A stretch of DNA of 64,000 bases from a virus. Both the position numbers and the translations under genes were made by a program. The DNA lies in IMG/VR virus record IMGVR_UViG_3300045454_000060, positions 1 to 64,000 of that record. One strand, given 5' to 3'. Under the pieces are notes generated by a model. It ran no database searches and was not told the origin of the DNA. It saw only the letters and a list, made by a program, of their open reading frames with translations. Shown piece by piece: positions 27,359-38,257 of the stretch. Each line of letters starts with the position of its first letter. Position 1 is the stretch's first letter.

Positions 27359-30300
27359 ATGTCGTCGGTCGGAAGTCTGAGGGTTGAGTTGGAGCTGAAG
27401 GACGGCTCCTTCACCACCCGCGTCATTCGCGCCGGAACGACGCTGAAGCAGCTCGAAGCCCAGGTCGGCGGCACTGTGGTCGCGGTGCGTCGGCTTGATA
27501 CCGTCATGGCCAGCCTGGGCGAGCGTGTGCGCAATGTCGTGCTCACGCTCGGTCTGGCGCGCGCCGCGGTCGAGAATCTTCACTCGGTCTTCGGCGCCTG
27601 GGCCGTCAACATCATCAAGATCAACGCCGAGCTCGAGCGCTCGGAGGTGCTGCTGCGCGGGCTCTCGAATGCGGCCACCGAGGCCGGGCGAGCCGCCGAG
27701 GCAGCGCGGGGTGTGCAGGATCTGCTGACCCTCGCGTCCCAGTCTCCGTTTGGTCTGACGGGGTTGCAGGACGCTTTCGTCAAGCTGCGTGCGGCCGGGA
27801 TCGAGCCGACCAGGGATGCACTGGTCTCCCTGGTCGATGCCGTGGCCGCCGCCGGCGGCACCGAGGAGCAGCTCAAGCGTGCCGCCATCGCCATGCAGCA
27901 GATGGCGGGCAAGGGCGTGATCTCGATGGAGGAGCTGCGCCAGCAGCTCGGCGAGGCGGTGCCGCGCGCGGTCGAGCTGATGGCGCGGTCGATGAACATG
28001 TCCATCGGCTCCCTGGTGGACAAGGTGTCCCGCGGCCAGGTTGAGGCCAAGGGAGCCCTGGCCAGCTTGGCGGCCGAGTTCGAGCGCACCTTCGGGGGTG
28101 CTGCGATCGAGCGCATGGATACGTTCGACGGCAAGCTTGCTCAGCTCGACGTGGCCTGGAAGCGCTTCGCACTCGAGTTCGGTCGCAATGCCGAGAACGG
28201 CGGCTTCTTCCAGTCCGTGAAGGATGCAATCGACGAGCTGATCGACGGGCTCGGGTCGAATCAGGCTGCGGTGTTCGCGCGGGAGCTGAACGAGACGCTC
28301 GAAGGTCTCGTCGAGGGCTTCGTCAGCGTCACGCGCACGATGATCGCCTGGCGGGAGGAGATCGCGATCGCCGGGCGCGCTTTGCTGGTCTTTTTCGCCA
28401 TCACGCGGGGTTATGCGGCCCTTGTCGGTCTGCTGACTGCCCTGCGTGCGGTGACGCTGGCCTTTGCTGCGCTGCCGGGTCGCATTGCCGCCGCGACCAC
28501 CGCACTGTCCGCGTTCCGCGTGGCGGCAGCCGGTGCTGCGGCACCGGCCGCAGTCGGTGCCATCGCTCAGATGGCCTCCAGCCTGACCAGTCTTGGCGGC
28601 GCGGCGCTCGGCGCGTTCAATCGCATGTCCATGTTTGGCCGGCTGATGTTCACGTTCAGTTCGGTTGGTCTGGTTATCGGGGGCCTGAGCCTTCTGGCTC
28701 AGGCGCTGGAGTGGATCGGCATCACGGCCGATCGCTCGGCCGAGGCGATCGAGCGCCTGAAGATGGGCGCGAATGACGACGAGACCGTGCGCAGGGCAAG
28801 TGAGCGCGCTGCCGCTCTGGCGCGCGATATCGACAAGCTGACGAAGGCCGAGAAGGGTTACGATGAACTTGTGAAGGCTCGCGCCCAGAGCACTTTTAGT
28901 GCACCGGGTGTCGGTGATCTTGAAACGAGTTCATTGACGATATATGGCGGTGTGAGGCGCGGTCTAAGCACGTTTGAACAAAGTCGCGATCGCATCACCG
29001 CCGAGCTTGAACGACTTCGGCGCGAGCGCGCTCAGCTTATGGCTGATATCGAAGGTGCAAACAGTGCGCGCGAGGATCAGCGCGCGGAGGTGATCGCGCA
29101 GCGTCGCATCGCGGCGGTGCGGCGCGAAAGCCGTTCGGTCATTGCCGCCTACGATCAGATGTTCAAGGAGATTCAGGAGCGGCGCAACCAGTTCGAGCGC
29201 GAGGACAAGACGACCGATTCCGATCGCATCCTGGCGCTCAATGCCGAGGCGATGGAGAAGCGCGCGCAGTTCTATCGTGACATGATCGCGATCGCCGAGC
29301 GCGCCTTGAACGAGGAGACCGAAAAGCAGCGACAGGCGCTTGAGAGAAGGGATGAGCTTGAAGCATCCCATCGGGGCCGGTCGATCGAGCGTTTGAATGA
29401 GTATATCGCCGACATTCGTCGCAGGCAGGAGGCGGCGAATCTGGAAGGCAACCCGGCGATGCTGACGGGCGCCAATCAGCGGCAGATCGACGAGGCCGAG
29501 CGTCGCATCGCGTTCATGAAGGCTCGCATCGAGGAGCTGCGCGCCGAGATCACTCGCGGCAATCCCGAGCTTGCCAAGGCGCAGACGCTGCTCGCTGAGC
29601 TCGCCAAGATGCAGGGTCTGCCGGACAGGACCAAACAGAGCTTCATCGAGGTCGCGACCGAGCTCGGCGAGGTTGAGCAGGCGGCCAAGCTCGCACGGCG
29701 CGAGATGGTGCTGATGCGTCAGATCGACAGCGGGCTCGATCGCGCGCGTGCCGATGTCGAGCGCTATACCGCGGCGCTGACTGATCCCACCTTGCCGGAG
29801 GCGCAGCGCAACTTCATCACCTTCGAGCGGCAGATGATCGCTGTGCTGCGCGAGCTTGGCACCGTGCTGGATGTCGAGAGCGAGAAGTTCAAGGAGGCCG
29901 CCGACAGGATCAACGAGGCGGTGCGTCTGGCGCGCACCGCAGCGAATCTGAGCACTGTCGAAAGCTATCTGAGTGGCGCGGACAGCGCTCGCGCCCGTGC
30001 GGCCGAGCGGGGGCCCGAGCGCGCCGCGATCCAGCGTCGACTCGCCGAACAGGCGCGCGATCGTGCGCTCGAGGCCAATCTGCAGGCCGTGCTGGACGGC
30101 GGCGTGAACAAGGCCAAGGAGATTCTGGGCGCCTTCCATGACTACATCGCTGCGATCGAGGCCGATTCCAGTCGCGCCCTGGCCTCCGCCGGAGCTCGCC
30201 TGGAAAGCCATCTGACGCGCCTGCAGGGGCGCCTGGCCGATCTCGCCGACGAGGTGCAGGGCGGGGCGGGCGAGTGGGCCAAGTTGAACGCCCAGCTCAG

Positions 30301-31639
30301 CGACGCCCAGAAGGCCACCGCGGCCGGCCAGCAGATCCTGATGCTGGCGCGCCAGGTCGATGACATGACCAAGCATGTCGAGGCGGCGCGCAGTGCCTGG
30401 TCGGCGCTCGAGGAGGTGCAGCGCTCCGGCGCTCAGGCGCAGTTCCGCTTCGCCGAGTATTTCGCCCAGCTCCAGGACCCCGGCGCCTCCGAGGACAGCC
30501 GGCAGATCATTGCCATGCGGGCGCGCACCAGCATGGCGCTGCAGGAGTTGCAGCGCCTCGGCGTGGCCGAGAGCGTTCTGGCGGATCAGCGCCGCTCCAA
30601 CGAGGAGGCGATCACGCGCCTGACGGCCGAGTATGCCGCTCGGCAGGCGCTCGCGCATCGCGACAAGGAGCGCCAGATCCGGCAGGCGATGGCCGGCACG
30701 CTGGAGGAGCGCCGCGCGCTGGCGCTGCAGGAGCTGCAGTTCGAGGAGCAGCAGGGCCTCCGCCTGATCGAGCTCGCCAAGGTTCATGCTGATGAGCGCG
30801 CTGAGTTGGAGCGCAACCTGCAGAACTACATCGCGGCGCGCCGCGAGCAGGCGCTGCGGGAGACCGAGGGTCCGCTGGCGCGCTTCTTCCGGCAGACCGA
30901 GAGCTACGCACATCAGCTTGAGAACGTCTTCGTCAGCGCGTTCGATCGCATGGGCGATGCCCTGGCCGAGTTCGTCGCCACCGGGAAGCTCGACTTCAAC
31001 AGTCTCGCCAATGCGATCATCGCCGATCTGATTCGGATGCAGATTCGTGCTGCGGCTTCGGGCCTGTTCGGCATGCTCGGCAATCTGATCGGGCCGCTCT
31101 TTGGCGGCGGCCTGTCCGCGACCGGCTACACCGCCGGGATTCGCGGCGGCTTCGGAATGCTGGTTGGCGGCGTGCATGAGGGCGGCATTGCCGGGCGCGA
31201 GGCGACGTTCTGGCGCGAGGTGCCGGAGGCGTTGTTCGCGGGCGCTCAGCGCTTCCACACTGGCGGCTGGCTGCGCGACGACGAGGTGCCGGCCATCCTG
31301 CAGAGGGGCGAGGCGGTCTTCACGGCCGAACAGCTTGCCGCGATCGGCCGCCTGAACCACTCCTACGAGCTGGTCGAGGCCGCCGTCGTGCGCATCGCCA
31401 CGGCACTTGCCAGAATGCCCGAGGAGGCGGTGCCGAGCGTCGGCGTGGCCCCCGTGGCATCGGGTGGCCCCGGTGCGCGCGGTGGGGTGACGGTCAATCT
31501 GATCAACCAGTCCGGCCAGCAGCTCGAGGCTAATGCCGCTCCGCCGCGCTTCGATTTCGAGGGCATGGTGGTCGATGTGGTGATCCGCAACGCACAGCGT
31601 CCCGGGGCGCTGCGCGACACGCTGAAGGCGGTGGTCTGA
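27359..31639 (+). CDS. Tape measure protein
   Basis: 1426 aa helical protein; QMAGKGVISMEELRQQLGE tape-measure motif; lambda-like C-terminus. Confidence 0.92.
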   Translation: MSSVGSLRVELELKDGSFTTRVIRAGTTLKQLEAQVGGTVVAVRRLDTVMASLGERVRNVVLTLGLARAAVENLHSVFGAWAVNIIKINAELERSEVLLRGLSNAATEAGRAAEAARGVQDLLTLASQSPFGLTGLQDAFVKLRAAGIEPTRDALVSLVDAVAAAGGTEEQLKRAAIAMQQMAGKGVISMEELRQQLGEAVPRAVELMARSMNMSIGSLVDKVSRGQVEAKGALASLAAEFERTFGGAAIERMDTFDGKLAQLDVAWKRFALEFGRNAENGGFFQSVKDAIDELIDGLGSNQAAVFARELNETLEGLVEGFVSVTRTMIAWREEIAIAGRALLVFFAITRGYAALVGLLTALRAVTLAFAALPGRIAAATTALSAFRVAAAGAAAPAAVGAIAQMASSLTSLGGAALGAFNRMSMFGRLMFTFSSVGLVIGGLSLLAQALEWIGITADRSAEAIERLKMGANDDETVRRASERAAALARDIDKLTKAEKGYDELVKARAQSTFSAPGVGDLETSSLTIYGGVRRGLSTFEQSRDRITAELERLRRERAQLMADIEGANSAREDQRAEVIAQRRIAAVRRESRSVIAAYDQMFKEIQERRNQFEREDKTTDSDRILALNAEAMEKRAQFYRDMIAIAERALNEETEKQRQALERRDELEASHRGRSIERLNEYIADIRRRQEAANLEGNPAMLTGANQRQIDEAERRIAFMKARIEELRAEITRGNPELAKAQTLLAELAKMQGLPDRTKQSFIEVATELGEVEQAAKLARREMVLMRQIDSGLDRARADVERYTAALTDPTLPEAQRNFITFERQMIAVLRELGTVLDVESEKFKEAADRINEAVRLARTAANLSTVESYLSGADSARARAAERGPERAAIQRRLAEQARDRALEANLQAVLDGGVNKAKEILGAFHDYIAAIEADSSRALASAGARLESHLTRLQGRLADLADEVQGGAGEWAKLNAQLSDAQKATAAGQQILMLARQVDDMTKHVEAARSAWSALEEVQRSGAQAQFRFAEYFAQLQDPGASEDSRQIIAMRARTSMALQELQRLGVAESVLADQRRSNEEAITRLTAEYAARQALAHRDKERQIRQAMAGTLEERRALALQELQFEEQQGLRLIELAKVHADERAELERNLQNYIAARREQALRETEGPLARFFRQTESYAHQLENVFVSAFDRMGDALAEFVATGKLDFNSLANAIIADLIRMQIRAAASGLFGMLGNLIGPLFGGGLSATGYTAGIRGGFGMLVGGVHEGGIAGREATFWREVPEALFAGAQRFHTGGWLRDDEVPAILQRGEAVFTAEQLAAIGRLNHSYELVEAAVVRIATALARMPEEAVPSVGVAPVASGGPGARGGVTVNLINQSGQQLEANAAPPRFDFEGMVVDVVIRNAQRPGALRDTLKAVV

Positions 31640-32010
31640 TGCCCATTCCCGCGCTTGACGCCACGGGTTTCCTTGCGCGCGAGGACAGCCAGTTCTTCAA
31701 GGAGGCGCCGGCTGATCCTGCCATGCGCAAGGAGATCGAGGGCGGGTTCGCGATCACGCGCCCGCGCTACACGCGCGCCCCGCCGATCACCTTCACGACC
31801 GGCTGGACCGACATTTCCGATGCCGACAAGAAAAGACTCATGACCTTCTACGCCAATCAGCGTGGCGGATCGAACAGCTTTGACTATGTTCACCCCATCG
31901 ACGGTCACACCGTGCAGGTGCGCTTCGTCGGCAAGGTCGAGCCGGAATATGCGGGCTTTGGCGGCAATCATCGCTGGAACATCAAGAACGTCACTCTGGA
32001 GATCGTCTGA
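31639..32010 (+). CDS. Distal tail protein (lambda gpM-like)
   Basis: Position and size after the tape measure. Confidence 0.7.
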   Translation: MPIPALDATGFLAREDSQFFKEAPADPAMRKEIEGGFAITRPRYTRAPPITFTTGWTDISDADKKRLMTFYANQRGGSNSFDYVHPIDGHTVQVRFVGKVEPEYAGFGGNHRWNIKNVTLEIV

Positions 32011-32012
32011 CC

Positions 32013-32639
32013 GTGCCAACCCATATTTCCATCGGCACCGCCATCGACAAGTCGCGTCTCGCTTCCAACGTCACCTATATCGACTTGCTTGAGGTCGATA
32101 TCATGAATCGCACCAATTGGACGGTGATCGACACGCTGCGGTTCGCGCATAACAGCGAGAATTACGTGTTCCGCGGGCAGACCTATGTGCGCGCATCCTT
32201 CACGTTCGACATTTCCCGCGGGAAGGGCGAGTTGCCCCAGATCACCATCGAAGTGGTGGACGTGGCCCAGGTGCTGCAGGCCATGCTGCAGGAGCATCAG
32301 GGCGGGACGGATTTTCCCATGCGTCTGCTGATGGTCGCCAGCACCAACACTGCTGCGCCTGAGCTCGAGGAGCGCTTCACGATCCTCTCTGCGCGAGCAA
32401 GCTCCGATCATCACATCGTCTCGCTTGAGCTTGGCGCGGAAAACCCGCTGCTGCTGCGCTTTCCGACCCGCCTGACGTCGCGCCGGCGCTGCACGTTCAG
32501 CTATCGCGACGCGGATTGCGGCTACACCGGCCCCATGCCGAGCTGCGACTATTCGCGCGACGGGCCGAACGGCTGCAAGGCGCACAACAACATCGCCAAT
32601 TTCGGCGGCTTCAGCGGGATTCGTCGCGTCGGCGCATGA
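32013..32639 (+). CDS. Minor tail protein (gpL-like)
   Basis: C-terminal Cys motifs CTFSY...CGYTG...C...C...NFGGF. Confidence 0.8.
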   Translation: MPTHISIGTAIDKSRLASNVTYIDLLEVDIMNRTNWTVIDTLRFAHNSENYVFRGQTYVRASFTFDISRGKGELPQITIEVVDVAQVLQAMLQEHQGGTDFPMRLLMVASTNTAAPELEERFTILSARASSDHHIVSLELGAENPLLLRFPTRLTSRRRCTFSYRDADCGYTGPMPSCDYSRDGPNGCKAHNNIANFGGFSGIRRVGA

Positions 32640-33034
32640 CGGATCTCGCCCCCCGCTTCTGGGCGGATCTGATCGGTCTGCCGTTCCGGCCACTGGCGCG
32701 TGGTCCGGAGGCCTATGATTGCTGGGGGGTTTTCTTGGAGATCTTCCGCCGTCGTGGTATAGTCATTCCTGACTGGACTTACCCCGATGACGAGGGGGCG
32801 CATGCGGATGCGTTGCTGGCCGGGCTCGCGCGCGGCGGCTGGCGCGAAACCGAGGTCAGCCCCGGTGTCGGGCTGCTGTTCCGCTCCCGGCAGAGCCTGC
32901 TGCCGCAGCATGTCGGGGTGGCGATCGACGGTGATCGCTTTGTTCACGCAACGGTTGATCGCGGGCAGGTCTGCATTGAGCGGCTGTCGCGCGGTTTCCG
33001 CCCATTCCTGCTGAAAGCCTACGAGCCGATCTGA
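32636..33034 (+). CDS. NlpC/P60 tail assembly protein (gpK-like)
   Basis: GPEAYDCWG...HVGV...FVHA. Confidence 0.85.
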   Translation: MTDLAPRFWADLIGLPFRPLARGPEAYDCWGVFLEIFRRRGIVIPDWTYPDDEGAHADALLAGLARGGWRETEVSPGVGLLFRSRQSLLPQHVGVAIDGDRFVHATVDRGQVCIERLSRGFRPFLLKAYEPI

Positions 33035-36000
33035 TGCCGTTTGACGGTGTGCCGAGCGATCCGATTCCGCCGCGCCAGCTTGGTGCGGTGCGCGCGATCG
33101 TGTTCTACAACCCGCTCGATCCGAAGGATCGCACGATCGCGGATCTCGATTGGGCGCCGAACAAGACGGTTGCCGAGTATCTTGCGGGTCTGCCCGAAGG
33201 CGTGGAGTGGGCGGTCGCGGCGGCCGGCAGAATGCTGCCGCGTGAGCAGTGGGCAAGCACCACGCTGCTCGAGGACGACGTGATCATCCTGAGCGTCCTC
33301 CCCCAGAAGGGGTTCGGTCGTATGTTCGGGATGGTGCTGATGCTGGCACTTGCGGTGGCCGCACCGTATATTGCAGGTGCGATCCTCGGCCCGACCGGCA
33401 CGCTGTTCGGTCTGAGCGCGGCGGCATCCAAGGCACTGCTCTCCAGCATTATCACCATCGGCGGTTCGATGTTGATCTCGGCGCTGTTGCCTGCGCCGAA
33501 GCCTGATTTGCCGGATCGCAGAACCTCGGATTCCAGCTCGAGTCCGAGCTACGGCATCGACGGGCCGAAATCGACGGCGCGCGAGGATGCGCCCGTTCCG
33601 GCCGTCTATGGGACATTTCGCGTAGGCGGCAATCGCATCAACTACTACGCCGAGAACACCGACAACGGCAAGGCGCAGGATCTGTTCATGCAGTTTGCCG
33701 TGTCGGAGGGGCCGATCGACGCCATCTCCGACATCCAGATCAACAACCAGCCGATCAGCAATTTCAAGGGCGTCGAGACCGCTGTCCGCATGGGCGAGCG
33801 GGGCCAGCAGCCGCTCGCCTGGTTCAACGACACCATCACACCCTATTTCGACGGCCGCACCGTCACGACATCCGACATCCTCTACACCACCATTGAGAGC
33901 GTGGACCGGATTCGTCTCGACTTCAATTTCCCCAACGGGCTCTACGAGATCGTCAAGGAGACCGGTGACCGCCGGTCTCGCACGGTCGGGATCGAGGCTT
34001 ACGCCGAGCCGCTCGGCGGCGGCGGGCTGATCCCCTTCCGGGGCGAGAAGTGGGAGGCAGCGCAGATCAGCGGCACCGGGCTGGTGGTCATCCCGAGCAC
34101 CAGCACGGCGCGGGTCGGGCAGCGCATTCGCGTCACGGTGACCGTCAATGGCAGTGCCGGGGCAGCGCCGACGACCCCCTACAGCGTGCGCACTCAGGTC
34201 TGGTCGAACGGCACCAAGACCGGCGCGCCGCTGTTCGACAAGACCGAGTCCGGCGCGATCGTCAATCTCTACCGCAGTGACGGCAATTGGGCCGCCGGCA
34301 CGATCACGCACTCCTACGAGATTGACTCGAACAGCAGCACGGCGATCACCTGGTCGGCCCAGATCGACGGCGGCACCGCGTTCGTGCAGGTGCTGCAGAT
34401 CAACGCCGGCACCGCGGTCACGTTCAGCGATCGCAACTCGGTTCGCTTCTCCCTCAGCAGTCCGCCGCTGGCGCGCGGCCGGTATGTGGTCAGGGTCAAG
34501 CGCACCACACCGCAGGCCGTGTCCGACTACATCTCGGATCAGCTCGTGCTGTCCGAGATCAACGAGATCACCGCCGATGCGGTGAACTACAACCGCACCG
34601 CGTATTACGCGGTCAAGGTGCGCCTGACCGAGCAGCTCAGCGGCGAGCCCAATGTCAGCGCTCTGGTGCGCGGGCGCAAGGTCTGGCGCTACGACCGCAA
34701 CGGCAATCGCTCCGACTTCTCCTGGTCCGACAACCCGGCCGACATCGCGCTCGACATCCTGCTGTCCGAGGACTGGCGCCGCCCGCTGCTGCCGAGCCGC
34801 ATCGATTTCCCGGCGTTCCATCGCTGGCGGCAGTTCTGCGAGAGCAACAGCCTCAAGTTCAACGGCACCTTCGACTTCCTGACCAATGTCTGGGATGCGC
34901 TCACCACCGTGATGCGCGTCGGTCGCGCCTCCCCGGTGATTGCCGGGTTGAAGTGGTCGGTGGTGATCGAGGGGCCCGACGCGCCGGTGATGCTGTTCGG
35001 CGCGCAGAACATGCTCGCCGGCAGTTTCGAGGTGTTCTGGCAGGGTCGCGCCGATCGCGCCAACTCGATCGAGGGGCAGTTCTACGACGAGACCGACGGC
35101 TATCGCCGCAAGAGCGTCTACGCGATCGACGAGGCCGCGCTGGCTCGGGGTGAGCCGCTGCGTCAGGTGAGCGTCAATCTGCTCGGCGTGACCAGGGCTC
35201 AGCAGGCCAAGGCCGAGGTCGATCTGCAGCTTAGGCTGAACCAGCTTGTCGTGCAGGGCTGCAAGTTCCAGGCGCATGTGGATGCAATCGGCTCCGTGGT
35301 CGGGGACCTGATCTACGTTCAGCACGACATGCCCAAATGGGGCTGGGCGGATCGCCTGGCGGGTGTCACCGGCAGCGGGATCGGCGCCACGCTCGCGCTG
35401 CACAACCCGCTGTCGAGCCAGGATGGCGGGGTCGAGGGCGATCCCATGCCGGACGGCGACTGGCGCGTGCTGGTGCTGAAGCCTGCGGTGGAGCGGCTGA
35501 CGCGCACGATCACGGCCGCATCCGGGGTGATGATCTCCGTCGCTCTGGTGGACAGTGCGACGCGCATCACCCGCGTCATGATCAACGGCCAGGACTACCA
35601 GGTGACGGATCGGGTCGATACCAGCGTGACGACCTTCACGCTGGATCGCGACCCCGGCAGTGTCGTCGGGCTGACGGCCGGGCTGTGGCAGACCGACATG
35701 ATGATCGAGGGCACGATCGCCCGTCCGAATGTCGGCGCCAGCAGCGTGACCCTGACCGGCTGGTCGCACAGCGTGATGCCCGCGGCTGGTGATCATGTGC
35801 TGATCGGCCGTGTCGGCAAGTTCAAGAAGATCTTCCGGGTCATGAAGATGACCCGCGATCACGAGAAGGTCTGCACGCTCGAGTGCGAGGAGTATGTCGA
35901 GGCGGTCTACAACCCTTCTGGCGAAAGCCCGGTGGTCGAGACCGAGCTGCAGATCTTCCCGTTGCATGTCGTCAATCTGCGCACCGAGCAGTTCACGCGG

Positions 36001-37425
36001 AGCGTTCAGGGGGGCGGCGTTCTCTACTTCGCGCGTGCGATCTGGACCCGTCCGCTGAACGACATCCGGGGTCATGCCGGCGCGCATGTCTGGGTGGCGC
36101 GCGGTGATGGCGATTTCGAGTTCCACGAGAGCGTCGGCGAGGGGCGGCGCGAGAGCGTGGTCGAGACCGCGGTTGGCGAGGTTGTCCGTTTCCGTGTGAT
36201 CGCCTTCGATCGCAACGGCTTCATGGCACCGACGATCTCGGCGCCGACGGCGGCGATCACGATCGGCGCGCGTGTGCGTGCTCCCCTGAAGCCGGTCGGC
36301 CTGACTGCCACCGGCGGGGTGCGGCTGATCGGGCTGCGCTGGGATCGCCCCGCCGATCCGGACGTGAAGCTGTTCGAGGTGTTCGAGAACACCTCGAACA
36401 ACGTCAATACGGCCTACAAGATCGTCGAGACGGCCTCGAACGCCTACACTGTCGCCGGGCTGATGCCGAATGTGCAGCGCTGGTATTGGGTGCGCTCGGT
36501 GTCCTATGCCGGGGAGTTCTCCGGGTTCGAGGGCCCGGTGAACGCCACAACCAGTCTGCTGGTCGCCGACGACATCCAGAACGGCATTCTCGAGACGGCC
36601 AAGTTCGCCTCCTCGATCCGCCCCGTTGCCACGCCGGCGACGCAGGCCGAGCTGGTGGCCGCGAAGTCGAACCAGCAACTGGTGTTCCCCCAGACGGCGC
36701 TGACCGATCCCGTCACGCTGCAGGCGCTGCAGGCGCAGCGGCTCTACAGGTGGGACGGGTCGGCGTGGCGCGCCGTGGTGTCGGCGAACGATCTCGAGGG
36801 CCAGATCGGGTCGGGCGGCATTGCCGATGGCGCGATCGTTGCCGGCAAGATCGCCGCGGGTGCGGTGAGTGCCAACGAGATCGCCGGCTCGGCCGTCAGA
36901 GCCGTGCATCTGGCGTCCGAGACGATCATCACGCAGACGATCCAGATCGGCAATGCGGTGATCGGCGCGGCAAACATTCAGGATGGGTCGATCGGCACGG
37001 CGAAGATCGGCGACGCCGTGATCACGACCGCCAAGATCGGCGATCTGCAGGTTGACACGATCAAGATCAGGAACGGCGCCGTCACGGAGTCGGCCAGCGT
37101 TTCCGGCAGCACCACACACCCAACGCAGACAATAAACCTATCTTTCTATTCCGACGGCACGTCTCCGATTCTTGTTTTGGCGCAACAGTATCACTCGGGG
37201 GCGTGGGAAAACACCAGTGATAATTCAAGTTATTTTCCGTCTGGCGGTTCGGTTTCCAGGGGAGGGGTTGCTGTGGGAAATGTTGGCGATGGGGGTGGCG
37301 CCATTGTCGCTCGCGACATCGCCCCCATTGGTTGGCACACTTACTCGATGCGAGGCGGGCATCAGGGCACCACGTCTCACAGCGGTATGAGTGGCACAAT
37401 GGCTCTGATTACGCTCAAGAGGTGA
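33034..37425 (+). CDS. Central tail fibre / host-specificity protein (gpI+gpJ-like)
   Basis: 1463 aa; VPAVYG, SEGPI, WSDNPA, FN3-like region and ITTAKIGD repeats. Confidence 0.9.
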   Translation: MPFDGVPSDPIPPRQLGAVRAIVFYNPLDPKDRTIADLDWAPNKTVAEYLAGLPEGVEWAVAAAGRMLPREQWASTTLLEDDVIILSVLPQKGFGRMFGMVLMLALAVAAPYIAGAILGPTGTLFGLSAAASKALLSSIITIGGSMLISALLPAPKPDLPDRRTSDSSSSPSYGIDGPKSTAREDAPVPAVYGTFRVGGNRINYYAENTDNGKAQDLFMQFAVSEGPIDAISDIQINNQPISNFKGVETAVRMGERGQQPLAWFNDTITPYFDGRTVTTSDILYTTIESVDRIRLDFNFPNGLYEIVKETGDRRSRTVGIEAYAEPLGGGGLIPFRGEKWEAAQISGTGLVVIPSTSTARVGQRIRVTVTVNGSAGAAPTTPYSVRTQVWSNGTKTGAPLFDKTESGAIVNLYRSDGNWAAGTITHSYEIDSNSSTAITWSAQIDGGTAFVQVLQINAGTAVTFSDRNSVRFSLSSPPLARGRYVVRVKRTTPQAVSDYISDQLVLSEINEITADAVNYNRTAYYAVKVRLTEQLSGEPNVSALVRGRKVWRYDRNGNRSDFSWSDNPADIALDILLSEDWRRPLLPSRIDFPAFHRWRQFCESNSLKFNGTFDFLTNVWDALTTVMRVGRASPVIAGLKWSVVIEGPDAPVMLFGAQNMLAGSFEVFWQGRADRANSIEGQFYDETDGYRRKSVYAIDEAALARGEPLRQVSVNLLGVTRAQQAKAEVDLQLRLNQLVVQGCKFQAHVDAIGSVVGDLIYVQHDMPKWGWADRLAGVTGSGIGATLALHNPLSSQDGGVEGDPMPDGDWRVLVLKPAVERLTRTITAASGVMISVALVDSATRITRVMINGQDYQVTDRVDTSVTTFTLDRDPGSVVGLTAGLWQTDMMIEGTIARPNVGASSVTLTGWSHSVMPAAGDHVLIGRVGKFKKIFRVMKMTRDHEKVCTLECEEYVEAVYNPSGESPVVETELQIFPLHVVNLRTEQFTRSVQGGGVLYFARAIWTRPLNDIRGHAGAHVWVARGDGDFEFHESVGEGRRESVVETAVGEVVRFRVIAFDRNGFMAPTISAPTAAITIGARVRAPLKPVGLTATGGVRLIGLRWDRPADPDVKLFEVFENTSNNVNTAYKIVETASNAYTVAGLMPNVQRWYWVRSVSYAGEFSGFEGPVNATTSLLVADDIQNGILETAKFASSIRPVATPATQAELVAAKSNQQLVFPQTALTDPVTLQALQAQRLYRWDGSAWRAVVSANDLEGQIGSGGIADGAIVAGKIAAGAVSANEIAGSAVRAVHLASETIITQTIQIGNAVIGAANIQDGSIGTAKIGDAVITTAKIGDLQVDTIKIRNGAVTESASVSGSTTHPTQTINLSFYSDGTSPILVLAQQYHSGAWENTSDNSSYFPSGGSVSRGGVAVGNVGDGGGAIVARDIAPIGWHTYSMRGGHQGTTSHSGMSGTMALITLKR

Positions 37426-37427
37426 TC

Positions 37428-37853
37428 ATGCCTGGATTCGTGGTCTACGACGCCGATGGGCGCATCCTGCAGACGGGTCGAATCCCGTCCACCTGGGACT
37501 GGAACGCCTGGGCCACGCACCAGCTTGCCGGCTCCGGCAACGCCGTCGCTCCCGTCGTGAACCCGGAGAATCTCTCGCCCGAGACGCATTATGTTTCTTC
37601 CGGCGAGCCGCAGCTCCGCCCTCAGCTTGCGTCGAGCTGGTCCAAGCTGACCGTGATCGCGAACGGCACGGACGAGGCGGTGCTGTCCGGACTGCCGGGC
37701 AATGCGGAGGTGCGCATTGACGGCGGCGCCTGGACCGCGGTGCTGAACGGCACTCTGGTGTTCGCGTCCGACATGCCGTCGTCCTACCGTGTCGAGTTCC
37801 GTGCCTGGCCGTATCGCGACGAGACCTGGACCCTGCAGGCGATCGCCCCATGA
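37428..37853 (+). CDS. Tail-associated hypothetical protein
   Basis: Follows the J-like gene; FVVYDADGRILQTG. Confidence 0.65.
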   Translation: MPGFVVYDADGRILQTGRIPSTWDWNAWATHQLAGSGNAVAPVVNPENLSPETHYVSSGEPQLRPQLASSWSKLTVIANGTDEAVLSGLPGNAEVRIDGGAWTAVLNGTLVFASDMPSSYRVEFRAWPYRDETWTLQAIAP

Positions 37854-38257
37854 CCCGAGTGCTGGCGACCAAGACTCTCGCGCCCCTGAAGGCCGCGGCG
37901 ATCCGCAAGATCGACATCGAGGCCGAGCAGGTGCGCCTGCGCGTGTTGACCCCAGGCGCAGGACAAGCTTTGGTTTACGAGGCAAAGCGTCGCGAGGCGA
38001 GCGAGTTCAAGCACGCTCACGACACCGGCCAGAATCCCAATGTCGCGCAGTATCCGCTGGTGCAGGCCGAGATCGGCATCACCGCTCCGACCGCGATCGA
38101 GGTTGCTCAGACCATTCTCGCTCTTGCCCAGCAATGGTCGAGCTTTGCCGGGCTGATCGAGGCTGCGCGGCTGGGCGCCAAGCGCGCGGTCGAGCTTGCC
38201 ACCACGCCGGCTGCGATCGAGACCGCCAGCACTGTGAGCTGGCCCCAATTGCCGTGA
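37850..38257 (+). CDS. Tail fibre assembly-like protein
   Basis: TPGAGQALVYEAKRREA...IEAARLGAK motif. Confidence 0.65.
   Translation: MTRVLATKTLAPLKAAAIRKIDIEAEQVRLRVLTPGAGQALVYEAKRREASEFKHAHDTGQNPNVAQYPLVQAEIGITAPTAIEVAQTILALAQQWSSFAGLIEAARLGAKRAVELATTPAAIETASTVSWPQLP

Noticed and set aside
33019-37119. Very long antisense ORFs (also 59446-63648, 56493-59360, 50919-53654, 28964-31360, 38675-41083)
   Set aside because: These are shadow frames of GC-rich sense genes with recognisable motifs; the antisense translations have no motifs.
37082-37425. DGR variable region in the tail fibre tip
   Set aside because: No reverse transcriptase and no template-repeat copy were seen in the window.
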